DNA from: a virus
Virus record (IMG/VR): IMGVR_UViG_3300012920_000025
Location: 1 to 64,000 of that record
Direction: 5' to 3' (one strand)
DNA: 64,000 nt
Shown: in pieces, positions 55,163-63,201 of the stretch
Numbering within the stretch: the first letter of the stretch is position 1
How the letters are laid out: the number at the start of each line of letters is the position of its first letter
Notes under the pieces: model-generated
Seen by the model: the letters and a program-made list of their open reading frames with translations, nothing else
Database searches by the model: none
Told to the model about the DNA's origin: nothing
Program-made: the position numbers and the translations under genes

Positions 55163-56130
55163 GTGATTTAGACCTTTTAGTTGAAATGTTTGCCAAGGTG
55201 GGTCGACCCGTTGTTGAGAAGAAGTCTGCTGGTAAAAAACCAACCATAACTTATGAACCAATTGTTTTGGACCTCAGTTGGATGAACGACTACGACGCGG
55301 CAACTGCTCCAGAATCTCAAAGAAGGTTTGAGACGGCCGTAGCAAACATTGCCCCTGGTGACATATCACAACTTGGTGAATTGGTATCCAACCTTAACAA
55401 CTTCCTAAATACACCCGCCAAGCAGTTGATCAATGATCACGTCACTGCTATCGCAATGGTGGATGTTATGAGGACGTTGTATCACCTATTAACGTCACCC
55501 AACCCGTCTGTAAAGGGGTATACTTTTGAGCAGTTCATCGCAAAACTCTTCGGCGGCAAAGTTATAAAAGGAATCGCAGACAACATTGCTGACGTTGAGT
55601 TTCCGCAGGGTAATGTGTCGCTAAAGTTTGTAAAACCGAAGTCATCAGTAAAAGGTTCCTATGCGAATCTAAGTGCAGAGGTTCAGAAGAATGAAGAGAT
55701 AAGGTATTATGTCGGAGAGAAGATCTTAGACAAGAAGAATCCGAAGATTCGATTCTATACCTTCGTAATCACTCGCGAACAAGCCATATACATGCTCCGA
55801 ACAATTAAGAAAAACAAGATGAGTCCACTATTGGATAAGAAAGGTAACGCGTTCTCTCTTTCACCAACTGAGTTGAATAAAGGTGTCTATCAGATGAAAG
55901 AACTTGGGGTCCTTAACATGGGAGACATGGTCGGTAAGACTGACGCGATCTTTCGGTTGCTGGATCAGAAGTTTCAAGGATTGTTTTCCACCCTACAGGA
56001 ACTCGCAGAGGCAGCGGATAGATTTAAGACAGACTCCGCTACAACATCAGACCCTGGTAAAAGACAGCAGTCCAAGCAAGACACGATAAAGAAGACTGAC
56101 GCTACAAAGGCAGCAGCACAAAAAATCTAA
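55159..56130 (+). CDS. Hypothetical protein, possible PD-(D/E)xK nuclease fold
   Basis: GYTFEQFIAKLF...IADV.....VSLK. Confidence 0.45.
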   Translation: MSDLDLLVEMFAKVGRPVVEKKSAGKKPTITYEPIVLDLSWMNDYDAATAPESQRRFETAVANIAPGDISQLGELVSNLNNFLNTPAKQLINDHVTAIAMVDVMRTLYHLLTSPNPSVKGYTFEQFIAKLFGGKVIKGIADNIADVEFPQGNVSLKFVKPKSSVKGSYANLSAEVQKNEEIRYYVGEKILDKKNPKIRFYTFVITREQAIYMLRTIKKNKMSPLLDKKGNAFSLSPTELNKGVYQMKELGVLNMGDMVGKTDAIFRLLDQKFQGLFSTLQELAEAADRFKTDSATTSDPGKRQQSKQDTIKKTDATKAAAQKI

Positions 56131-56138
56131 CAAACCAC

Positions 56139-56167
56139 TTGACATCTAGTATATACTTGTTTATAAT
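56139..56167 (+). promoter_or_regulatory. Consensus sigma70 promoter for groEL
   Basis: TTGACA-17-TATAAT. Confidence 0.85.
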
Positions 56168-56190
56168 ATAATCATACAAAGTGAGGTTAA

Positions 56191-57780
56191 ATGAAACACT
56201 ATTCAGACGGTAAGGATTTACATCAACTGATGCTTGATGGGGTCAATCAACTTGCCGACAATGTAGCATCAACATATGGACCCAAGGGTCGTAACGTAAT
56301 ATTAAGGAAGAAAGATGGCAAACCGATCATCACCAAAGATGGAGTCACTGTTGCGAGATTTGTATCTCTCGAAGATCCGTTCCAGGATGCAGCAGTTGAA
56401 ATTGTCAAGCAAGCATCAGAGAAAACGAACTCCGATGCGGGAGACGGCACCACTACATCAACAATCCTAGCAAGAGCAATCTTTGCAAAGTCTCTTGAAC
56501 TTATTGAAAGAGGATTAAGTCCTGTGGAGGTCAAGCGTGGTTTAGATAAGGTATGTAAACTTGTCTGTGAGAAGATAGAGGAAAAGTCTAAACCAATCTC
56601 TAGCGCAGAAGATGTGGCATTTGTTGCAAAGATCTCTGCCAACAATGATCAGGTCATTGGTGATCTTATCTCCACTGCTGTAGACAAAGTGGGCAAGGGA
56701 GGTTCAGTAACTATTGAAGATGGTAGGTCAACTGAAACAACTCTTGATTTAGTCGAGGGTTTTAGGTTTCAGTCAGGATACTTATCGAACTACTTTGTAA
56801 CGGATGAAAGAAGAAATGTTTGTAGATATGAGAATGCTTTACTTTTCCTGTGCGACGCCCAAGTCGACCAGGTCCAAGTTATTTTACCAGTACTGGAAAT
56901 TGCTGCAAGAGAACAGAAACCAATCGTATTAATTTGCGATGATGTCGAGGGACAAGCACTATCTGCGCTTGTTATGAACTCTGCGCGAGGATCAATGAAG
57001 GTTGCCGCTGTAAAATCTCCCAAGTACGGTGAAGAGCGCAGAGCAGTCATGCAGGATCTTGCTATTGCTACCGGTGCCAGGTACTTTAGAACAATGATGG
57101 GCGATCAAGTTAGGGATGTAACTATTAATGATTTGGGAACCTGTCACAACATAGAGATCTCTAAGTACGGTACGATCATTGTCGGCGGCGGAGGAGATAC
57201 CGAAGAGATGTCTCAGCGGATTGAGGATCTGAAGCAACAAGTTAAGGATGCAGAGTCTCTTGTTGATGCAGAACAGATTCAGGAGCGAGTAACCAGATTG
57301 TCTAGTGGTGTTGCTATTGTTCGTGTTGGCGCAGCAACAGAGATAGAAATGATTGAAAAGAAGCATCGCATAGAAGATGCGCTAGAAGCGGTCAGGTCTG
57401 CACAACAAGAAGGCATCGTTCCAGGTGGAGGACTGACGCTATATAGAATCTCTCAAACGATTTTGGATGACATCAGGAATGTTGAGTTGACGGAAGATCA
57501 GAAGTTTGCTGCGGAAATCTTTTATGATGTTCTTAGGTCTCCGATCAAAGAGATGGCAGAGAATGCAGGGTTTACATTTGATGAGGTTGACGGAGTTTTG
57601 TCTAATGAATCAGACAATACCGGATTTAATTTCTTGACAGGACAACCCGTAGATATGTATAATAGTGGTGTTGTTGACCCAGCAAAGGTTACTAAAAACG
57701 CACTGAGAAATGCAGTCTCGGCTGCGGGTACATTGCTGACAACTAATTTTGCAATTATTGAAGAACGAGGAACTCCATAG
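56191..57780 (+). CDS. groEL: Chaperonin GroEL
   Basis: GPKGRNV, ITKDGVTVA, AGDGTTT, GIVPGGG, VVDPAKV; no GGM tail. Confidence 0.97.
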   Translation: MKHYSDGKDLHQLMLDGVNQLADNVASTYGPKGRNVILRKKDGKPIITKDGVTVARFVSLEDPFQDAAVEIVKQASEKTNSDAGDGTTTSTILARAIFAKSLELIERGLSPVEVKRGLDKVCKLVCEKIEEKSKPISSAEDVAFVAKISANNDQVIGDLISTAVDKVGKGGSVTIEDGRSTETTLDLVEGFRFQSGYLSNYFVTDERRNVCRYENALLFLCDAQVDQVQVILPVLEIAAREQKPIVLICDDVEGQALSALVMNSARGSMKVAAVKSPKYGEERRAVMQDLAIATGARYFRTMMGDQVRDVTINDLGTCHNIEISKYGTIIVGGGGDTEEMSQRIEDLKQQVKDAESLVDAEQIQERVTRLSSGVAIVRVGAATEIEMIEKKHRIEDALEAVRSAQQEGIVPGGGLTLYRISQTILDDIRNVELTEDQKFAAEIFYDVLRSPIKEMAENAGFTFDEVDGVLSNESDNTGFNFLTGQPVDMYNSGVVDPAKVTKNALRNAVSAAGTLLTTNFAIIEERGTP

Positions 57781-57816
57781 TACTACTTATAATAGGCACG
57801 TTGTGGAGGGTTTATA

Positions 57817-58089
57817 ATGTCTGATAGTGATCTTTCCCGAGATTTGATGGTTGAGTTAACTAGAAAGTTAGATAAGTTATGTCTTACTATGGAAGCGGTT
57901 AGAGAAAAGCAAGACGAAATGATAGAGAACGTTTCTAAGATAAAAGAAGCAGTCTATAACCCCGACGAAGGTCTCTACGCCAGAATCAGAGCACTAGAAG
58001 CATGGAAGAACACCTCCTCTAAAATTTTATGGATACTATTCACTGGAATTGTCGGTTTGGCAAGTGCAGTAGTTATTAAGTTGCTTTAA
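57817..58089 (+). CDS. Coiled-coil protein with C-terminal TM (XhlA/holin-like)
   Basis: RIRALE.W followed by a hydrophobic helix; late motif at 57783. Confidence 0.55.
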   Translation: MSDSDLSRDLMVELTRKLDKLCLTMEAVREKQDEMIENVSKIKEAVYNPDEGLYARIRALEAWKNTSSKILWILFTGIVGLASAVVIKLL

Positions 58090-58103
58090 AACAAAGGAGA
58101 GAA

Positions 58104-58391
58104 ATGAAAGTTAAAGTTTCGTATACGGTTGATTTCAATGACATCCCCGATGTTGTGAGGGATATCGTTAGCAAGGCGCAGACTTTGCAGCAGGAGATGT
58201 GTGAACTATCTGAGGGATTACACAGTGGTGATCTTGGAGTTAGATCTCTGAAAGATCTTGGTAGGTTGAGAGAAATCTCTTCTGAACTAACAGAAAGTTA
58301 CTCTGACTGTGAGTCTATTCTATCTGGATTCTTCGGTGCAGTATTTAATCCGCAAGAGACCAGAGAGGAGGAGTCGGATGATAACACTTAA
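58104..58391 (+). CDS. Hypothetical protein
   Basis: SD AAGGAG, 95 aa. Confidence 0.65.
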   Translation: MKVKVSYTVDFNDIPDVVRDIVSKAQTLQQEMCELSEGLHSGDLGVRSLKDLGRLREISSELTESYSDCESILSGFFGAVFNPQETREEESDDNT

Positions 58392-58653
58392 TGTAATCCG
58401 GAGAGGCGGACCTCCACTTTTTAATCACAGAACAGAGACTCTGTGCCTTAATCCAACCAGCATTGTTTCAATTGCACCCGCAAATCATAACAGATCTATC
58501 ATTAAAGAAGTTAATGGTTCACCCTCAGATTCAATTGACATCTCAGAGGTGGAATATACCATCGGGTCTAGGGCAGAAAAGATATTAGTTGTTGGTAGTT
58601 ATGAAGAGATATTGAGGGAGACCAGAGGTAGCAGGAGACTTTTGAATGGATAG
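58378..58653 (+). CDS. FlbD-like small beta protein
   Basis: MI.L......LCLNP..IVSI......I.VVGSYEEI; SD GAGGAGG. Confidence 0.5.
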   Translation: MITLNVIRRGGPPLFNHRTETLCLNPTSIVSIAPANHNRSIIKEVNGSPSDSIDISEVEYTIGSRAEKILVVGSYEEILRETRGSRRLLNG

Positions 58654-58900
58654 GGGTGATCAGTACATTGTTTTTGGATTATCTACATGCCCCTTTTGTG
58701 AGGAAGCAGTTGCGCTTTTGTCGTTTTTGGGTTATAATCACGAATACTACACTCTTGATGACAACCCTGAGTATTTAAAAGAACTGAAAGAGTTTTATCA
58801 ACAAAGGACGGTGCCAATGATTCTTCGGGTCGGTGGAGAGGATTCGATAGTTAGGTTTATTGGTGGATGTGACGACCTAAAGAGAGAGTTAAATGATTAA
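58646..58900 (+). CDS. Glutaredoxin
   Basis: CPFC, TVPMI, FIGGCDDL. Confidence 0.92.
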   Translation: MDRGDQYIVFGLSTCPFCEEAVALLSFLGYNHEYYTLDDNPEYLKELKEFYQQRTVPMILRVGGEDSIVRFIGGCDDLKRELND

Positions 58901-59288
58901 GTGTGATCTACAAGAAATAAAAGAACATGAGATTCTAGCAGAGAAAAAGAAAAAGCGATTCGGAAGATATCACGGGTCTATGTTTTGGAACTTGCCAGGA
59001 TTTGGCAAAAAGAAGTGGATAGTCGCGACCAGAATAGAATTCAAAGAAGATGTCCCTGATGGATTAACAGATAAAGAGGTGATTGATAGGTGTGTGGATT
59101 ACTTGAATACTCCGCCCCCAAGAAGAAAGTTCCAAAGAAGGATTACCAAACCAAAGTACGGTATGTTAGAACTGTACAGTGGAAAGATAATCACAAAAGA
59201 TGGAGAGAAATATATTAGTGCACTTTTGATTACTGATCAGAGAACTAATAAGCACTTCTGGGGTCGCGGCATTGTCACAGCAAAATGA
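58893..59288 (+). CDS. Hypothetical basic protein
   Basis: 131-aa ORF in operon. Confidence 0.6.
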   Translation: MIKCDLQEIKEHEILAEKKKKRFGRYHGSMFWNLPGFGKKKWIVATRIEFKEDVPDGLTDKEVIDRCVDYLNTPPPRRKFQRRITKPKYGMLELYSGKIITKDGEKYISALLITDQRTNKHFWGRGIVTAK

Positions 59289-59610
59289 TTTTAAGTACAA
59301 GTTCAGAAGAAAATCTTATGAAGAGTGGAGGCAGATGGCATCCCAACACTCTCTCGTATCCGGAGAGGTGCTTAAGTTAGAGGAACTGAAACTGTCAGAG
59401 CATGTTCAGATAGAACTAAGTAAGTTAAACATCAACTCATATTTGTTCAAAGAATATATGAGTAGTCTTGATCCGTTCCTAGAGGAGGATGCTGATGGGT
59501 ACTTAGATCTTACAGAGGTTGAGGTTGCTAATATATGGAAGTGTCTTACTGCTCTCTCTGAATCTAAAAAAGAATTAATAAAGTCTTCTATAAGTTTGGA
59601 AGTGCACTGA
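59272..59610 (+). CDS. Hypothetical protein
   Basis: 112-aa ORF, start uncertain. Confidence 0.5.
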   Translation: MSQQNDFKYKFRRKSYEEWRQMASQHSLVSGEVLKLEELKLSEHVQIELSKLNINSYLFKEYMSSLDPFLEEDADGYLDLTEVEVANIWKCLTALSESKKELIKSSISLEVH

Positions 59611-59948
59611 TGAATTTATATATTGGAATAGTTCTCGTGTTTCTTGGGCAAGCAATCGGGTGGTTTCAGTTAAATGCTCAATATATTTCAGAGTGGTGGA
59701 AAGATAAACCCATCGCTGCAGCATTTTTCCTGGGTGTTCCATGTTCTATTGCTTTTTGGTATTCCTGGAAACTTATAGTGGACGAGACAGGTTCAGTGTG
59801 GACCGCTAGATTTATAGGATCATCCGCTGGTTTAATATTGTTCCCCGTTTTAACTTGGTTTCTTCTAGGGGAGTCTATGTTTAATCCGAAAACTTTGATA
59901 TGTTTTGGATTGGCAATTATAATAATTTTAATTCAACTTTTCTATTGA
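59610..59948 (+). CDS. 4-TM membrane protein (SMR/DMT-like)
   Basis: Four hydrophobic helices, FLLGE motif, 112 aa. Confidence 0.65.
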   Translation: MNLYIGIVLVFLGQAIGWFQLNAQYISEWWKDKPIAAAFFLGVPCSIAFWYSWKLIVDETGSVWTARFIGSSAGLILFPVLTWFLLGESMFNPKTLICFGLAIIIILIQLFY

Positions 59949-59972
59949 CACGACAAATCTAGTGTTTATAAT
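59945..59972 (+). promoter_or_regulatory. Sigma70-type promoter for hsp20
   Basis: TTGACA-16-TATAAT. Confidence 0.75.
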
Positions 59973-59977
59973 ATTAG

Positions 59978-60040
59978 TATGGTTGTGTTGCTTCGGGACT
60001 CAACCATAAATTGCAACTTGCTTAATAAGGAGGATATAAT
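59978..60040 (+). promoter_or_regulatory. ROSE-like RNA thermometer in hsp20 5' UTR
   Basis: Hairpin TATGGTTG..TTCG..CAACCATA, then CTTGCTT-AAT-AAGGAG pairing UUGCU with the SD. Confidence 0.65.
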
Positions 60041-60469
60041 ATGACACACGCAATTGCTACATATCGACCAGGACTACTTGGTCACAAAGTTATCAATGAG
60101 GTCTTTGATAATTTCTTCAATGACTTCCCAACACACTTGAAGGCATCTACACAGGGATACCCCGTTGCCGACATTTATCGAGACGATGATGGTTCCACTG
60201 TGCTAGAGTTTGCATTGGCAGGGTTCAAGAAGAAAGAACTCTCTATTGACATTCAGCCGGATAAGAGAAGTATTACTATTGCTGGACAAGTTGATGAAAA
60301 TAATCAAAAGAGGCAGAGGATTGCTCGTAGGAACTTTACAAGAACGTACGTTAACTATGATGACAACCTAGACTTGTCACAAGCTAAAGCATCGTTCGAG
60401 AATGGTTTGTTATCAGTTAGAGTCCCACAGCGACCAGAAGTCCAACCACTGTCAATTAAGATTGACTAA
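60041..60469 (+). CDS. Small heat-shock protein Hsp20 (IbpA-like)
   Basis: YP..DI, LEFALAGF, IARRNF.R, ASFENGLLSV. Confidence 0.93.
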   Translation: MTHAIATYRPGLLGHKVINEVFDNFFNDFPTHLKASTQGYPVADIYRDDDGSTVLEFALAGFKKKELSIDIQPDKRSITIAGQVDENNQKRQRIARRNFTRTYVNYDDNLDLSQAKASFENGLLSVRVPQRPEVQPLSIKID

Positions 60470-60476
60470 ATGAAGC

Positions 60477-60503
60477 GGAGGGGCATTTGCCCCTCCGTTA
60501 CTT
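60477..60503 (+). terminator. Probable terminator hairpin
   Basis: CGGAGGGGCA-TT-TGCCCCTCCG followed by a short T-rich tail. Confidence 0.7.
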
Positions 60504-60547
60504 CTATCACCTACTAATTACTACAACGCAAAAAAGACGGTTTAATC

Positions 60548-60931
60548 ATGAATGAAATAGAAGATTACTTTGATTCCTTAGTCAGTGAGAAAGAAGAGCG
60601 CTCAAGACAGACGGGCGTATTTCAGTTTTATTTGATGTTAGGGTATAAGGCAGAGACAGCAGGAGAAAAAGGATATAGAGGTCTTGAGGACATCGTTGCA
60701 GACATTCGTGCTATCCCTAGCGTAACTGTTGTCACAATAATGGTAAAAAATCAAAAGATTTCCGATACAGATTATATTGCAGGTTTGAGAATCAAGTTCA
60801 TACCAAGTTTGCCCGGAATGCTTCGTTCGCCAGAGGATGCAAAACTAAAGATTCTCAGAACGATAAAGCAAACTAAAGGTGTCCGTAAAATATTTAAAAT
60901 TTCACAAGGATTTGAAAAGACTACGGTATGA
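60548..60931 (+). CDS. Hypothetical protein
   Basis: 127 aa; late-like motif at 60514. Confidence 0.6.
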   Translation: MNEIEDYFDSLVSEKEERSRQTGVFQFYLMLGYKAETAGEKGYRGLEDIVADIRAIPSVTVVTIMVKNQKISDTDYIAGLRIKFIPSLPGMLRSPEDAKLKILRTIKQTKGVRKIFKISQGFEKTTV

Positions 60932-61485
60932 ATACTGATCTTATTTTGGAATACTTTTTAGAATATCTGACAGAAAGAAAAACACTGCAACTAAAATCCT
61001 ATCACTTGACAGAAGAACCTGACTCATCTATCATTAGACTTGATCTGAAAGATGACGGTGACGACAGGTCTGTTGAGGCATCGGGCGTAGGCATGATAGA
61101 TGCCGGTTTTAACTCGTTGATTAGTTATTTCTCAACAAAGTACCCATCACTCAACACAGTAAAACTAGAAGATGTTTATTTTCAGGTCGACCATCGTTCT
61201 GGTAGAGACGTTTCATTTAAATCAAAGATGGAAATCAAACTAGAGTTTAGTAATCACTGCAAAGATAAATCATTGTTTTCAGGCAAGACTAGATCAATGG
61301 GTTACACAGGAGTTAGTGTTCTTGTTTCCGCTATTGAGTTCTACATAAACTGTGAACTTTTGTTTAAGAGAATGAAATTTCTTTTAGAGGATGCTGAACA
61401 ACGCGGCCGCTTTGACGTTGCTTCTAGATACAAATACATTCTCTCCAGGGTTGTGGAGGTGACAAACTATCAAACTATCGCATAA
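60928..61485 (+). CDS. Stand-alone LeuA (isopropylmalate synthase) regulatory-domain-like protein
   Basis: L.SY.L...VEASGVGMIDA.F.SL....VKLED..F.V resembles G.GPVDA...L.DY.V. Confidence 0.5.
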   Translation: MNTDLILEYFLEYLTERKTLQLKSYHLTEEPDSSIIRLDLKDDGDDRSVEASGVGMIDAGFNSLISYFSTKYPSLNTVKLEDVYFQVDHRSGRDVSFKSKMEIKLEFSNHCKDKSLFSGKTRSMGYTGVSVLVSAIEFYINCELLFKRMKFLLEDAEQRGRFDVASRYKYILSRVVEVTNYQTIA

Positions 61486-61607
61486 ATTGTTAGAAACCAT
61501 ATCGCTTTTGTTATGGTCAGCAATACTAACTGGCGGCATCATTCTTCTCAAACATCACTTTGAAGGTAAGACCGAACAAACTAAATGTATCTGCCCCTAG
61601 TTAGTGT

Positions 61608-61850
61608 ATGAGGTCAAGGAAGCCGCAAATCGGAGACATCGTTCATCATTGCCTGTTTTTGCGCTATGAATGGTCTGCTCTTCTGTTAAAAATAGAAAAA
61701 CAACAAGGAGACACAGAAAAAGGGTTCGTAAAGATGATTCCAGGAACTAAATATGAAGACTACTTCTTAAGAATAAAAGAGTCATCCAATGGTTACGGAT
61801 GGGTCTACAAGAAGTGGTTGTGGGTCTATATTCAGGAGGAATCAACATGA
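61608..61850 (+). CDS. Hypothetical protein (SH3-like)
   Basis: PQIGDIV.H N-terminus; 80 aa. Confidence 0.55.
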   Translation: MRSRKPQIGDIVHHCLFLRYEWSALLLKIEKQQGDTEKGFVKMIPGTKYEDYFLRIKESSNGYGWVYKKWLWVYIQEEST

Positions 61851-62221
61851 ATTTAAAGAAATTAAAACCTATATTTTATGAAAACTCAAGAGTTCCCATC
61901 TGGTTGTCGAAGATCGCACCTATCAATGTGTGGGCAAATTCATTTGCAATCTGGGTTTGGTGCAGAGGAGAGATGTCAGAAAAAACTAAGAGGCACGAGA
62001 CGATCCATTTTCAGCAGCAACTGGAACTTGGATTCGCCTTACATTGGATATTGTACGCCTTATCGTGGACAGCGGGTTACATCAGGTATGGAAATGGTCG
62101 AGATGCATACTACAATTGTATGTTCGAAAGAGAGGCATATGACAATGACCAGGATGAAGATTACCTTGAAAACAGACCACGCTTTGCATGGATTAAATAT
62201 ATCGGGAGACCAGTGTTATGA
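61847..62221 (+). CDS. Zincin-like HExxH protein
   Basis: RHETIHFQQ...FEREAY; SD AGGAGG. Confidence 0.7.
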   Translation: MNLKKLKPIFYENSRVPIWLSKIAPINVWANSFAIWVWCRGEMSEKTKRHETIHFQQQLELGFALHWILYALSWTAGYIRYGNGRDAYYNCMFEREAYDNDQDEDYLENRPRFAWIKYIGRPVL

Positions 62222-63132
62222 TTATCAAGAATGGATCAAGAGGTGAAGACGTCAAAGAACTTCAGCGAGCACTTAAAGTCCTTGGATACAACGTTGGTGT
62301 GTCGGACGGTATCTTCGGCACCGCTACAGAGATACAAGTAGAGAAGTTCCAAGAATCGGTAGAACTACATCCAGATGGAATTGTTGGGAAGGGCACACTC
62401 AAAGAAATAAATGAGGCACTCGACAAATCTGGAAACTCTAACTTGAAGTTCGAACTAGGGGACTATCCAGACCCAGAAGAACCATCAAATAGAATGTCTT
62501 GGACAAAAGTAGAGGCGGACCAAGTGGAAGGTAGTAAGGGTTATTCATACTTCAGGTTGCGAGAGGACGCAGCAAAAGCGTACAATGCGCTCAGGTATGA
62601 AGTCTTGTCTTTGGGTGGCGTCATCACTAGTGCTGGCGCTAAGAGACCACTATCTGATAGCAAGAGGATGAAAAGTAGGTCAATTAAGTCGCTACACTAC
62701 ACCGGACTTGCGTTTGATATGGCACTTGACTCCGGTATGAATAACCCAAAAAGGGAAAGGTTTGTTATCGAGGAACTAGATGATAGAGAGTGGAACGTTT
62801 GGTGTAGAACCAGCAAAGAAAGTGTCGACATCAGGAAGATACAGGGTTATACTTACAACAACACTAAAGTAACGGTTGAAGATAGGTTCTTTTCTTTTAC
62901 TGATATTGCGAAGAAGCATGGGTTTCACCCTATCAAGTCCAGAAGATCTTTTAAGAAGGGTGGTAGTTATCTCGGAGCAGAATGGTGGCACTTCCAGTAT
63001 GAGAAGGCACTAGAACCAGGTACATCAACCTTTGGCGGAGAACTGTTGAAGATTTACACTCTTGCAGAATGCAGGAACTTTGGTCCATGGGAAACTGTAA
63101 AGCACTGTACGTGGCAAGAAAGTTGGTGGTAA
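62218..63132 (+). CDS. Endolysin: PG-binding domain plus M15-like Zn peptidase
   Basis: GSRGEDVKELQRAL..DGIFG..T..DGIVGKGT; SLHYTGLAFD; EWWHF. Confidence 0.88.
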   Translation: MIIKNGSRGEDVKELQRALKVLGYNVGVSDGIFGTATEIQVEKFQESVELHPDGIVGKGTLKEINEALDKSGNSNLKFELGDYPDPEEPSNRMSWTKVEADQVEGSKGYSYFRLREDAAKAYNALRYEVLSLGGVITSAGAKRPLSDSKRMKSRSIKSLHYTGLAFDMALDSGMNNPKRERFVIEELDDREWNVWCRTSKESVDIRKIQGYTYNNTKVTVEDRFFSFTDIAKKHGFHPIKSRRSFKKGGSYLGAEWWHFQYEKALEPGTSTFGGELLKIYTLAECRNFGPWETVKHCTWQESWW

Positions 63133-63142
63133 AGAAAATAGC

Positions 63143-63171
63143 TTGACATTCAATCAAAGATTCCCTATATT
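63143..63171 (+). promoter_or_regulatory. Sigma70-type promoter
   Basis: TTGACA-17-TATATT. Confidence 0.75.
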
Positions 63172-63201
63172 ATATAAACAGCAACAAGAAAGGAATAGAG
63201 T

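Noticed and set aside
41149-57780. Host chromosomal contamination (iscU, dnaE, guaB, clpP, groEL)
   Set aside because: Genes overlap phage-type neighbours, lack bacterial operon context, and share the same RGCY depletion
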